Shown here: positions 36,353-48,745 of the stretch, piece by piece
How the letters are laid out: each line of letters begins with the position of its first letter
Position numbering within the stretch: position 1 is the stretch's first letter
NCBI RefSeq assembly: GCF_018977255.1
Contig: NW_024704742.1
Coordinates: forward strand, 42,968,001-43,032,000
Direction: 5' to 3'
Source: Callorhinchus milii
Taxonomy: Eukaryota
Length of the DNA: 64,000 bases
The notes under the pieces: model-generated
What the model saw: the letters and a program-made list of their open reading frames with translations, nothing else
The model's database searches: none
What the model was told of the DNA's origin: nothing
Translations under genes and position numbers: made by a program

Positions 36353-36585
36353 TAATAATCATTGCGTTTTGATATAGGGCCTTATCATCTCATTGACGGA
36401 TATCAAAGCGCTTCGCAGCATATACTGTAAAGTGGATTGACTGTGTATGTTATGGGTGAAACACAGCAGCCAATTTGCGCACAGTAATATCCCACAGACA
36501 GTCATGGAGTGAGTGACCAATTTTATTTGGGAGATTTATTGACCAAGTCACCGGAAGAAACTCCCTCCTCTTTTCAAATATATTG
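36353..36585 (-). mobile_element. SINE with family-A-like tail joined to Deu-domain sequence
   Basis: Tail as in family A, continuing into caccggaagaaactccctcctcttttcaaata (Deu-like). Confidence 0.65.
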
Positions 36586-38389
36586 AGCTGCAGGAAAATG
36601 TTATCTATTGATACTCCAGTGCAATTTCTTCCCTCTGCTGTCCTTGCAACCAAAGATAATGTCACAAGATATTTATTCTAATTTTAGCAGTCTGAGTCTC
36701 GTTTTCTGTAAAATTAAATTGATGCCTTGAAATAGTTATACCCTGCACTCCGTGAAGTAACAAAGAATGAATTTATTTAACTGGAGACTGGAATTGGTAA
36801 AGTGCCAGTTTGGGTAAATTACATGTCTCACCAGAAAGAGGGATCTGGGAACATAATGTGAGACTTCTGCAGGGAACCCCATAGAGGTCACGCTAACTTG
36901 TGAGACCTCATCTCAGAGGTAATGTCAGGCTGGAGCCAAGTTTTCATGGGTCAGTGTGATGTACATGGAGTTCTCTCTCCAAGATACACTTCACACCACG
37001 AGGTGCTTTTCCACAATGAAGCACCATTTGTGCTGCTATCTTCCCGACAAATACACTTTCAATTCCACATACTCCCTAACTGTTAAGTTGGAGAGACATT
37101 TAGAGGTCATGAATACAAAACAGGATAATGAAGTTAAATGTTCTTATCAGAAAGATGCTAAGTGCACTATAGCACATAATTCCTCCTGCACTGCAGCTTC
37201 AAACGACTGCTTGCTGGAATGTATACTGTTGATTAGGATCATGGGATACTGTTAACTCCTACCCTGTGATGTGCAGGATGTGTGTGTATATTTGGTTGCC
37301 TAGTAAATCTTTATTGCAGTTGATCTTAAGCTTTGTTTTACTCAAGTTGCCTCTCTTCCAACCACCATAAGGGCTTGGCTGAACTGAATGTTAGCACATG
37401 GTGAAATATCTAAAAGTGATAAAACTTTATCACACAAGTAGCTTTCAAGTTGTTCCTTTGAAAACAATTTTGAGAACATGGTATCAGCAGGATGGCATCT
37501 ACAAAGGAACGTGGAATGCATGGGACCAAAAAGACTATGTGGTCTGCACAGACAAATGACACACTATTCTCTAGCTCATACCCAGCATTTCCTTTTCAAT
37601 ACATATCTGAGAAAATCACAGTAATGTAATTTCTGATCAGAAATAGCATGGAATAAGTTATTGGGGGGAAAAAAGTTTCAATGCAAAACGAGCAAACCCG
37701 GATATAAGGCTGAAGGATAGTCGGGTGTTTTTCAATCTCCAACAATCCTTACAGGTGGATTCTCACGAGCTCTTCCTTTCCTAACCTACAGCAACACCTA
37801 CCTCCGGAACTACCTTTCCCCCCCTAAGATGCTAAGTTCCTAACTATACCTTCATCACCTCCAGGCTTGAATACTCAAGTACTCTGCAATATCTTTGTGA
37901 CATCCTGCATTTAACAATTGCTTCATTTCCGTTTATGAATGTAAAATACAAAAATTAGAGATAAATGTTCGTTAAATTTAAAAGAAAACTGCATTCTGAT
38001 TACATTTGTGAATACGTACAAAGATTGTAGGTGGAAAAATATTTGATTAATAGGAACATAGGAACAGGAGTAGACCATTCTATTAAACACTTGGTAATAG
38101 TCACTCTATTAGGCTATTGATATCTTCATTTTTATAGGACTGAAATTTATCTCCTGCATGCAAGACAACCAAAATATGCACAGTACGTCCATGTACATTT
38201 TGTGCTGTTAAAAACTATTGTGCAATCTGAATACAGAAATCATTGAACCTCTGGTTTTACAAATATTTAAACTAATAGTACCATAAAAGAAATCAAAAAT
38301 GAAACTTATGAAATTATTAAAGCTCTGCTCATAATGGTTTATTTGTTTTTAACTTCTTGACATACAAATCAGTAATGTCTCGACTTCAA

Positions 38390-38650
38390 TGCCTAATCTG
38401 CTAAATTTGCTGGTCTCAGCAGTGGTGGTATTTTGGGCTCTACATTTGACCTTTGCACTAAAATCTAGCGAGCAAAAAAGTCTGTCTAGGTATAGTTTCT
38501 CCAATGATTGTTCCCCAGTGACCACTGCTGACAGATGAGTGGCTGTTGAGTATAGGCAGGATCATTGTCAGCCATGATACCCACTCTGGTCCAATAGCCT
38601 GCTGACAATCAATGCCAAGGCTAACACATAAAGAATGGTCACTTGGGTAT
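38390..38650 (+). mobile_element. Old SINE-like repeat (related minus-strand fragment near 55690-55810)
   Basis: Resembles a shark interspersed repeat from recall (aatagcctgctgacaatc...aagaatggtcacttggg); family not named. Confidence 0.4.
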
Positions 38651-38874
38651 TGCAGAACAACCATGGAATTATACCCAAGGATGAATCAGCAAGAGTCAGT
38701 GTCTTCAGAAGAAGTGATAAAAGTAAAGGATAAAAACCAAGAAGAGTTGTTAAAAATGTAATAGGACCACACATTGCTTCAGAAGTGCTACAGTTTCCTC
38801 TAGATATTTTCTGTGGCCTTCATTGTCAATGTTGCCATTTACAGAGTTGTGCCGATGATAGGTACAAGATACAA

Positions 38875-38985
38875 TAATAATAATCATTGCATTTGATATA
38901 GCGCTTTTCACATCTTCTAGACTTCTCAAAGCGCTTCACAGAACATACTGTAAAGTGAATTGACTGTATATTTGTGGGCGAAATG
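38875..38985 (-). mobile_element. SINE family A 3' tail fragment
   Basis: aataataatcattgcatttgatatagcgcttttcacatc...; similar tail-only fragments at 24010-24130 (+), 30640-30710 (-), 43172-43240 (-), 46370-46467 (+). Confidence 0.75.
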
Positions 38986-39130
38986 CAAATGAACGCAACT
39001 GAAAAAGTGGAGGTTTTGCAGGATCTTCTGAGACAGCAGTGTAAATGTTACCTCTATTTGTTTTTTGGCTGCTTGGGATGGGAGTTGGAGAGGACAACAG
39101 GTTTTGTCAGTCAATTCAGGGGAGGAATAG

Positions 39131-40075
39131 ACAACAACAAAATTACATTTGTATAGCACCTTTCATGTCAGGAGGACGTCCCAAGGTGCTGGACAGTCAG
39201 TTTCAGACCTGAGCTGGGGGTCGGGATTGGTGAGGGTGGAGGGCGGGGGGGGAAGCAGGATGATCGAAAGTACAGTCTAAAAGGAGGGTCTTGAGATGGG
39301 TCTTGAAGGAGGCAAGAGAGGGGGAGGGGGGGAGGCAGAAGGACTACGGGATGGAGTTCCAGGTGGTGGGGGCGGAATGGCAGAAGGCCTGCCTGCCATT
39401 GGTAGGGTGGGTGAGACGGGGGACGTGAAGCAGGCCAGAGCCCACTGAGCTGACAGATGTTATGGGATTAGGAGGCCACAGAGGTATGGGGGAGCAAGGC
39501 CATGGAGGCTTTGAAGGTGAGGACCAGGATCTTGAACTGTATCCTTTATGTGAATGGGAAGCCAGTGGTCACGGAGCCTGGTGCGGGAGAAGACATGGAC
39601 TGCAGAGTTCTGGATGCTCTGCATTCTATGGAGGGAGTAGTTGGGGAGGCCGACAAGCAAGGAGTTTGCATAGCCAAGCCTTGATGTAATGAATGCGTGT
39701 ATGAGGGTTTCTGCGGTCTGAGGTGTGAGACAGTGGCGTAGTCGGGCAATATTGCGGAGGTGAAGAAGGTAGAGCGGATCACGGCACGGATGTGGGGTAG
39801 AAAGGATAGTTGAGGGTCAAAAAAGATGTCAAGGTTCCAAGGCGCTTGAGGTGAGGAGGCGCTGATAGGAGCCAATCAGGAGAGCCTCAGTCTTGTTGAC
39901 ATTCCACTGAAGAAAGTTATCTCTCATCCAGGACTTGATGTCTGACAGACATTCTGTCAGGACAGCAGTGTTTCTGGAGTCAAAGGTGGAGGCAGAGAGG
40001 TACAGTTGGGTATCAACCGCATACATGTGGACGTTGACCCCGTGTCTGCGGATGATGTCACCAAGAGGGAGCATA
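39131..40075 (-). mobile_element. L2 LINE 3' fragment
   Basis: [25 protein letters not shown] (degenerate YADD) and NVNKTEALLIG; L2 tail with (caa)n at 39131. Confidence 0.92.
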
Positions 40076-40464
40076 GAATGGGTCTGACCAGCCAACTTGA
40101 GGGGGAGGTGGGGACATGATGGAGAGGACAATGGGTTTGGCCAGCGTGTATGGACTTGCAGGCAATGAGCAAAGTCTGCCAGACAGAAAATAAATGTGGG
40201 TACTTGCCTTTCAAGCAATTGCAGGTGACCGTGGTACTGTGGAGTCCACTGCTCTGAGAGCCCAGGGTATTTCACAAGTGTTTCTATTGAGGCAGTGCTG
40301 TAATATTAGCGTGTGCTGAGTCACATGCATATCACCTACAGTATAATACATGTGGTATATGCAATAACCTCATGTTTGCCACAACGAGATCAGACTCACG
40401 TTAAGGTATGGTGCCCTGCATCTAAGCCACAGTCGGTGACTTAAAAAACTACTGATGAAGACAT

Positions 40465-40779
40465 AATAATAATAATCCTTGCATTTGATATAGTGCTTTT
40501 CACGTCTTCTAGACATCTCAAAGCACTTCACAGAATATACTGTAAAGTGAATTGACTGCCTATGTGTGGGCAAACCACGGCAGCCAATTGCACACAGCAG
40601 TGTCCCACAAACAGTCGTGGATTGAAGTGACCAATTTTATTATTGTTTTTTTTCTTGAGGGATTATTATCAGGCGTGTGGAGTAAGGAAACTTACCCAAG
40701 GTTTCGCCCTGCTGGGAATCGAATCCAGGTCTCTTGCTTGTGAGGCGAGTGCTCTAACCACTGAGCTACAGGACTCCAC
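40465..40779 (-). mobile_element. SINE family A, short subfamily, full length with target-site duplication
   Basis: Boxes A and B present; flanked by AAGACAT at 40458-40464 and 40780-40786. Confidence 0.92.
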
Positions 40780-40856
40780 AAGACATGCAGTAAAGTCCAA
40801 CAAGTAGCAGGTACACCACGTAATTTAATTTTCAATCATCACATGCAGCACTATGA

Positions 40857-41216
40857 TAATAATCACCTTATATCATTGAAATGTTCAAAGCACTTCACAG
40901 GATATACTGCAACTTGATGTGACTGTTGTATTTTGTGGGCCAACGTTGCAGCCAATTCGTGCACAGTAATGTTCCATAAACAGCCATGAAACATTTGGGG
41001 TACTGTTGGCCTTTTAAAGCCCACCAGAAGAGACAGATGGGAGCTTGGTTTAATATTTCATCCAAAGGACATCACTTCAACAATGCAGCACCGTCCCCCC
41101 ACAGTAATATGTTAGTGTCAGTGTAGGCTATTTGGGTTCCAAGCCCTGAAGTAGGGCTTGACCCCACAACTTTCTGACTTAAGAGGTGAGCATGCTACCA
41201 ACTGAGCCAGGCTGAC
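40857..41216 (-). mobile_element. Deu-domain SINE
   Basis: Head tgtcagcctggctcagttggtagcatgctcacctcttaagtcagaaagttgtggggtcaagccc followed by degenerate Deu domain. Confidence 0.75.
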
Positions 41217-43264
41217 AAACTCTCTGCCTTTGGTGACTAAGCTAAACCCAGAATTAATCTTTATCAAAAGTAAAATTAGCATGAAGGTAGAGGACCATAA
41301 CTTCTGCATGAGCAGGAAGCCCAGTACACTGCACGTTCTTATATTTGCACTCAATTTTAGTATGAGCATTAAATAATAAATTATTTCTGCTCTTGACCAA
41401 AGCTAAGAAAGAGAAAATCTGGAGACACCCATTTTAGTCAAATCATCATCGAACTGTTCCTTCTTCCTGATAAAAATCTATAGCACAGATGCATAGCTGC
41501 TTAGTTACCTGCCTGAGGGAGTTGATCACAACTGATTCAAAAGACACAGCAGTTTTTGTATATTACCAGACTAGTACTTACATGACTCCGCTAAAATAAA
41601 AAAAGATTAAGAGGCTCTATCATACAGCATGTGAGGACTAAACGTTTCCTACAATGCAACTAATGAGTTGCAGTCGAACTGGATTATCTGCACCACTCTC
41701 CATAGCCCAAAGCATTATTTCCATGTGAGACAGCGATTCATATCTCCTCTAGCTCACACTGGGTTCAGTGCCTGTTGAGACCTCTCCTATAATGCAAAGA
41801 CCAAACAAGAGATTGGGAGAAATCTTTGCTGAACAATTCCATTCTCTCCACAAATACTATCCTGATCTACTTGTGGCTCTCCACTTCTGCTTTTTCAACC
41901 TTCGGCCGCCTGCACTGCTCCAGAAAGTCCAGTGCAAATGTCAGTAGGCGTATTGCGACAACAACTCTAAACTTTGGCACAATAGCTCTGGACATTGTCC
42001 CTAATGCTGTATTTACACGGTGGCTGCAGAGACTGGTGCCAAACAGGAGGTGCTGCCCCATTTCAAGTCTCTGCCGTTTTTGCATGGTATCTAGACTTCC
42101 AGCAGCAAGAGACATGTTGCACATTTGCATAGATCAGTGCACAGGCATCATGACACATCAAGGCATTTGTGTGTATGTGACCAACATTAAAATTTTATTT
42201 TGTTATTATCCACAAAACAAAAGCAGAGTCTGTGAGATCTGCCTGAAAATCAGTTTCCTTGGCTACAGGTAAATGGCTAGCAGATATGACCCAAACATTA
42301 TAATTGACATTCACATGAGCACAAATGGCTCGACCCATTCACCAAATTTCTACCAACATCAAGGTATCTGTGCAGACTCGGATTGTCACCATGTCTGTTG
42401 GCTCCAACTCACTGACTTTTCATTATGGAATCAGATCTTCTGCACGTAGCAGCAATGGGAGATCTGACTATTGGGAGTTGTGTCTTGGGAGATTCAAGGT
42501 TGTCAAAATCAGTTATTTTACAAGACGTTTTGCCCCTGAGGTGAGTTTACCTCCAGAGACAAACTCGTAGTGTAAAAACGCTACTTTTTCAAACTAATGA
42601 AATGTCCTGCTCTGCCAGGAAGCTAAGTAAGGAATCTTGATTTGCTACTGTGCCTTACGTATTACATGAGTGAAAAATGAATCATTCATCACTTCAATCT
42701 CACGAGAGTAGTGGCTTTGACATGATTGCTCTTTTTTTGTAAGAATAACTAGATTTGAAACTACAAATTGGCCACAGGAAGCTGTTATTTTTAGAAATAT
42801 TTAATAGGCAAAATTTTACTTTACAGTGTTACGCAGAATGTCAGCAGATATCCTGTTTGGACATGAAGGATAGGGACAAAAAGATGATGATAACAGTAGG
42901 TCCTTGAAAATGTCATTTTACAAATTAATCATCAGCTACTCTATTTCTTTGTAGGGAGGGCAACAAAATGTCCTACCCAAACTTCCAGTTAGTCTAGACT
43001 AGAGGTTCTCAAACTGTGGCAGGGCAGGCCTATCGGGGGGTGTGGGGAGGTGTAGGATGCACACTTCCAACTTTCCTGGCTTTCATAGTACTGGCCCAAT
43101 ATCCCACTGGGACCACTCTTCCATAGCCAGGTCCCAGAATGGCGTTTCCAGCAACAGCTTACTCCTCCCACTAATAATAATAATAATCCTTGCATTTGAT
43201 AAAGCACCTTAATCACTCCTTTGAGGGAATCTCAAAGCACTGATGAGATGGGATGGATATTGTA

Positions 43265-43596
43265 CTGACATGGTCTGTAGCCATTTGGTGTTACAAATCC
43301 CTTCATGCCCTTGCAATTCCCTACCTATCCAACCTGCTTACATCGCCTCCGGCCTCCTGTTTGTTCCTGGTGCACTCCATTCCACCATCGGTGGCTGTGC
43401 CTTCAGCCATTACGCCCCGAAACTCTATAATTCTCTCACTCACTCCCCACCGTCAATTCCTGCCTAAAGACCTTCCTTTATTGTGCTTAGTCACCTGCCC
43501 TCCCTCTTCCCCAGGTTCAGTATCAGACTCCGCCACTGTCAAGCGCTCTGGGAAGCCCCGCGTGAAGGGCACTATATAAATGCAATTTGTTGTTAT
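43265..43596 (+). mobile_element. Older L2 subfamily 3' fragment
   Basis: YKSLHALAIPYLSNLL / GGCAFSHYAPKLYNSL; tail gaagggcactatataaatgcaatttgttgtt. Confidence 0.8.
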
Positions 43597-44231
43597 TCCT
43601 TGGAGTGTTTGTACAGGTTTGTTTTGGCTGCTGTGATTTGTGCTCTTTTTTGTGAAGAGCCGTAGGATAGCACAGAGGATGCTTTGTGAAGTAGAACTAG
43701 TGCTTTTGATGCTCATACTCTTACTGTAACTGTATTGAGCATAGCTCTCCTACTTTGCTGCTTGTATTCTTGCAGAGTATGAGATTTCCGGTTCTTTGTG
43801 TTGTTTTCACGAACCATGGAGAGGCACAATTGTTTTTCTTCTTGGCTTAGGGAGTATCACTTTGACAAAAGTTTGAGAATCCCTGGTTCTAGACAAATAC
43901 TGTTCAGGGTGTATTAAATTCACAAATAAGGAAATATTTTCATTTTACAGAAATTAATGCAAACTTAGGGGTCCAGAGGACTGAAATATCATAATCTTTG
44001 CCTCAAGCCCTTTGGTTTAAAATGTAAGATTGTGTAGAATATTGGAAAATTCAATTTAGAAATCAGCTCTTTTACGAACTGTGGAAAACCTGTGTGCAAA
44101 TGAAGATTGAATTTAAAAAATTTCCAAAATTCTGCATAACCTTACATTTTAAGATAATGGCAAAGGTCTTGTGTGATTTGGGGCCTCTGGTTTCATGTTA
44201 TACACCAAATGGGGGCCGCGTTTTGAATTCC

Positions 44232-44700
44232 ATTGAATTACACAGCATAAAAACAGACCATTCAGCTGTTCTTTATACTCCACACAATCCTCCACCCCTC
44301 CTCTCACACTCTATTCCCTTCTCCCTCATATATGCATCAAGTTTCCTTTTAAATATGCTGATGCTTTTTGCTTCAACCACAGCTTCTGCAGTGCCCTCCA
44401 CTTTCACACTACCCTCTGCATAAAGAAATTTCTCCTAAACTCCCTTATAGATCTGCTACTAGCTATCTTATATTTATTTCCCCTATTTTGGACTGACCAA
44501 GTGGAAAAAGCCTATCATTTCCCACCTTATCAAAACTATCCAGGTACGCTCTCAACTGTCTCAGCTCCAGAGAGAAAAGCTCCAGCTGTCCATCATTTCT
44601 TGATAGCGGTTTCCACTCATCTCATCCCTGGAACATCCATGGTAAATCAACATTGCAATCTCTCCAATGCAACAATAATTGTTTATGAGGAGATTATCAT
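44232..44700 (-). mobile_element. Decayed CR1 3' fragment
   Basis: cactaccctctgcataaagaaatttctcctaaactccc, ctccagagagaaaagc and catccctggaacatcc segments typical of CR1 ORF2 end on the minus strand. Confidence 0.6.
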
Positions 44701-45844
44701 GTCTTACACATAACCAGGACACATATTGCAGTTATTTTATTTCAATTATGGTTTCCTGCTTTAAAACTATGTGTAACCATTGAAGTAGGCACTCTTCTGG
44801 TGGCTTCCCAGCACAAATTCACTCTGTACATTATTGAACAGTTTCATTCTGTACAGTATTAAACAGAAATTGTGTAGGGATGTGTATCTATGCTGTGGGC
44901 AGAAAGATGGTGGCAATGCTTTCACACATTTTGGGCAGAACTGTACTGTTTAATGGGGGCGGGTGGGGGGGTGGAGAGGTAAGCAGGTTGTCAACTTGAG
45001 CTAACTCCAGGGTGATGCTTGGCCACAGCATGTTGACATCGTCAATCCTCTCGGCAGTCTAAGTAGTTCAGTTCCTGAGTCAAGTAGGACCATAGTATTC
45101 CAGGGCATTGCTGATGAAAGTTCAGCCAGCCTTGCAAGACTTGGAGGCAGAAAACTTCCCAGTCAGCTCCTAGTAACCAAATAGCCTGTGAGCCAAAGCC
45201 TTAAATGTGTAGGGTGGTCCTAGTTGAACATGCAGTTGGAAATTTGCCAGACATTGCTTTCAACAGTAAGCAATGCAGTATTAGATGGTTACACTCCAGC
45301 AACATCCAATGCACATTCATGGGTCTCTTAGTTTTGGTTCTTGCCAACCTGTGCCTAATACTCTGTGCAGAGGAATGGGGGAGCACTCAGCAGGCCTGAG
45401 GTAGCAAGCAAAGGTTTGGGGTAAGAGAAGAATAACTGGGGAATATCTCAGACAAAATAAAAATGTTGAAACTGAGAAACCACAGTGGATGTTGTTTTCC
45501 GTATTGCCACAGGTGAGTGCCTGGAACTCCACTCCCACAAGGTAAACAGGGCAAATTCCAAATACAAGCATCCACAGAAAACTCGAGAGTTCCTCTCTTT
45601 AAATCAGTTCTGAAGTAGTTCATAAGCAACATGCAGCATCACATTAATATTACCTTGCATTTCCAGATACTAATTTACCTGCTTGGCATGTCCACCTTTT
45701 CACACCTACTTTTATTTCAGAATTGCAGCATGTACAAGGTTTTATTTCTGGTAACAACTGGTGCATCTGCACTAATCTGTACACACATCACAGCAAATAT
45801 TTTGTGTAGCAATTACCTACTAACTGTCAGTATTGTAACAGGAT

Positions 45845-45935
45845 GGGGAGTGGAATAGCACTGAGGGTTAACGTGCTACCCTTTCACCTCTGGGATCTGC
45901 GTTTGAATCCATCCCAGACAGAATGGAATAGAAAG
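45845..45935 (+). mobile_element. Old tRNA-derived SINE head (LF-SINE-like motif)
   Basis: ccctttcacctctgggatctgcgtttgaatccatcccag resembles the LF-SINE head CCTTTCACCTCT...GGTTCGAATCCAGCCCAG as I recall it; degenerate box B. Confidence 0.45.
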
Positions 45936-48184
45936 AGTATCCTCTATCCAACAATTCCATTTTTTTAAATTAAACTTTCTCTATATTGGTTTTTGGTTGC
46001 TTACGTTTCTGGCTTGTCAAATGGAAAACACATTTTCCATCTGACGATCGATCAATTTTTAGCTTCACGGCTTTTGTATTTTATCAAACAAATAACACCT
46101 CTTGAGTTTCCCTGCATCTTTGGCCATGACGTATGATCTCCCCATTTTCTATATTATCCCATGAGCTTTCAGACTTTTGGACAAAATTTATTAGTCTTCC
46201 ACATATCTTGGTCACTTTTAAATTTGCAACAGTGATTTACAGGATTGAAATATCTTAGTTCACAATATATTATGGGATTCATCTTGCAAAATGAAAAGAA
46301 TCTATAAAATTCACATGGCTGTTTGTGGACTATTGCTAAACACAATTCAGCTGATGAGTTTACCTACAGTTGATATACAGTCACTGCACTATAGAAAATC
46401 CTGTGAAATTTTCAGACCTTCCAACAACACAATAAATGTGCAATATCAAATGCAAGGATGATTATTACGTATCATACCAGAGATGTGGGGTTACAGTTGT
46501 CTTATAATATCAGGGCTCCTTTCACTGGAACAGAAGGGATCTAATATCAGTCTCCGTAATTCTGAAAGGTTTTGAGAGGATAATGAGTGAAAACTTATTC
46601 TAATAAATTAGTAACATTGAGTTAGAAACCAGCATAAGCTTTGAGAGTCTTCACCCTGTGCCGTAGTTTCTATGAAATTCTCAATAGGAAATGATTTGAA
46701 CGCATTACATGATCAATTTTTTTTATTAACAGAACAAAATGTAAAATTCTGCAGTCTTAAAAGGGCGAATACAAAAACACACATTTTATTTAGTGTTTCA
46801 AATGTACATCAGATTTCTATATTAGGCGATCAAAATCGGATGTCCATTGTGGACAGTAAAGGAAGTATAACCTGGTTGTGGAGTGCAAAGGATCAGTCAG
46901 GCCATTGTATAAACTCCAAGGTAAGGATTGGAGTTCCTCCATTATAGAAACCCCAGGAAACTATTTCTTCCTATGGGTGGGAGAAAACAGAATATGAACA
47001 TATGTGAGTCATTAAGTATTTTTATATAAAATAAATGAGTGTAGAAATGAATTTTGAGACAGAGGGCAGCAGGTCAAGAAAGTGCACCGTCTAATTATTT
47101 AATTTCATCCTAATTAGTTTTCTTTTGACTTGCCCTCCTCTAGCCAGTAAGGGTGATTTACCAGCGCACCACTTGAATTCTGTTAACCAATTTTTCTCTT
47201 TCAGATGCTGGTTAACCTACTGTCTCGCTTCAATCTCCAATATTTTGTATTATTTTATATAGCATTTGCCTTATTTCATTGAAATAATTGCATAATGTTT
47301 GAATTAATAGAAAATGCTTCTTCTGAAACATAATTTGAAGAAAGTTTTGGAAAAACACGAACTCTCACAACACAATTGATTAACACCCGTTTCCCACTGC
47401 ATTCCACTGCATTCCCAAATATAAAAAATATACGGTGCATCAATAAATCTTTATAACCTAATTACTTTACACCATATGTTCTATTCAATTAGGTAAACTA
47501 TATATTATGAAGATTCGTGAGATATCTTTAGATTTCATGAGTGTCACTAACCATAAATCATCCATAACTCCATTTCAGATACCAGATCAAATCACTCTTG
47601 ATAGAAATGATATCCCATGGGCCCACATCAGGCAGCATCTTTTCCCATTAGCAACATTAAACTATATACAGAGTGGAGACTTCAATGCACTCAGTCATTT
47701 GTCCTTACATATCCTTCAAAGAAAATTAAATGGTATGGTGACTAAATTATGGACTGTGAGTTACATATTCCCCCTCCTCTCTGTGCACCTCACTCAATAG
47801 ATGGCAAAAATATGTGCACTTATTCACAAGGTCTGGGAAGGACATCCAGGCCTGCACTGAAGAGCTATTAATTTTAAACATTAAATGTGTATGGTTTGCA
47901 GGTTAGAACAATAGTTATTTCTGTCTCAAGGCTCCTGGCAACTCTCAGAACTAATTTGCCCCAATGTAACTTGCACAAAGCTTTTTGCAGTCTGGGAAAG
48001 GAATGCTCTGGTACTTAGTCAAGTGTGTAAGCTTCAATATCACACAAACAAACCTCAGGAAGTTCTGCACTTATCCCTGAAGTTAATTCAGGATAGTTTG
48101 AATATTCTGTAATGTAAGGAAACTAACCAATCTATTTCACTAACAGCAATGAAGTATGCCATAAAGAAAGAATAAACTGGTTAT

Positions 48185-48745
48185 TTTATTCCATCTCATC
48201 ACAATAAAGTATCTCAAAGTGCTTGACAGATAATTACAGTCAAGTGTAGCAATTCTGATTGTAGGCAAGCATGGCAACCATTTTGAACTCATAAATGAAT
48301 GACTGATTTATCTGAGGATTGTTGGCCAGTACCCAAAACCTCCCTTTTCCATTTGAATAGTATCACGGGATCTTCAGCATCCACCTGAACAAGCAGACAA
48401 TACAGCACTCCCCAAATACTGCACTGAAGTACTAAACTATGAACTCAGTTCTTATGTGGAGTTTGAACCCAGAAATCTTTCACGCAGAGGTGAAAATGTT
48501 ACAGATTATAATACTAATCATTACATTATGGTATAGTGCCTTTCTTGTTAGGAGGGCATCTCAAAGCTCTTCACACGATATGAAGTGGAATGACTGTCTG
48601 TAATTTGTGGGCGAACGAGGCAGCCAATTTGCACATAGAATATCCCACAAATGGCCATGAAGTGAATGAGCAACTATTTTTTTGGGTGGGGGGTAGATTG
48701 TTGGCTAGGATACAGGATACATTTTCTTCTCTTTTCAAATAAATT
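48185..48745 (-). mobile_element. Two tandem degenerate Deu-domain SINE copies
   Basis: gttggccagtaccc...cgggatcttcagcatccacctgaac...cagcactcccc (48320-48430) and a second tail/Deu start at 48520-48745. Confidence 0.65.

Noticed and set aside
40705..40779. tRNA gene (cloverleaf with box A/B); also at 305-381 and 29365-29438
   Set aside because: These are SINE heads: attached to a repeated body and tail, anticodon varies between copies (CGC, CAC, other), and one copy has a target-site duplication.
41826..42272. 148-aa ORF and overlapping minus-strand ORF
   Set aside because: No recognisable domain or splice context; possibly a decayed element.
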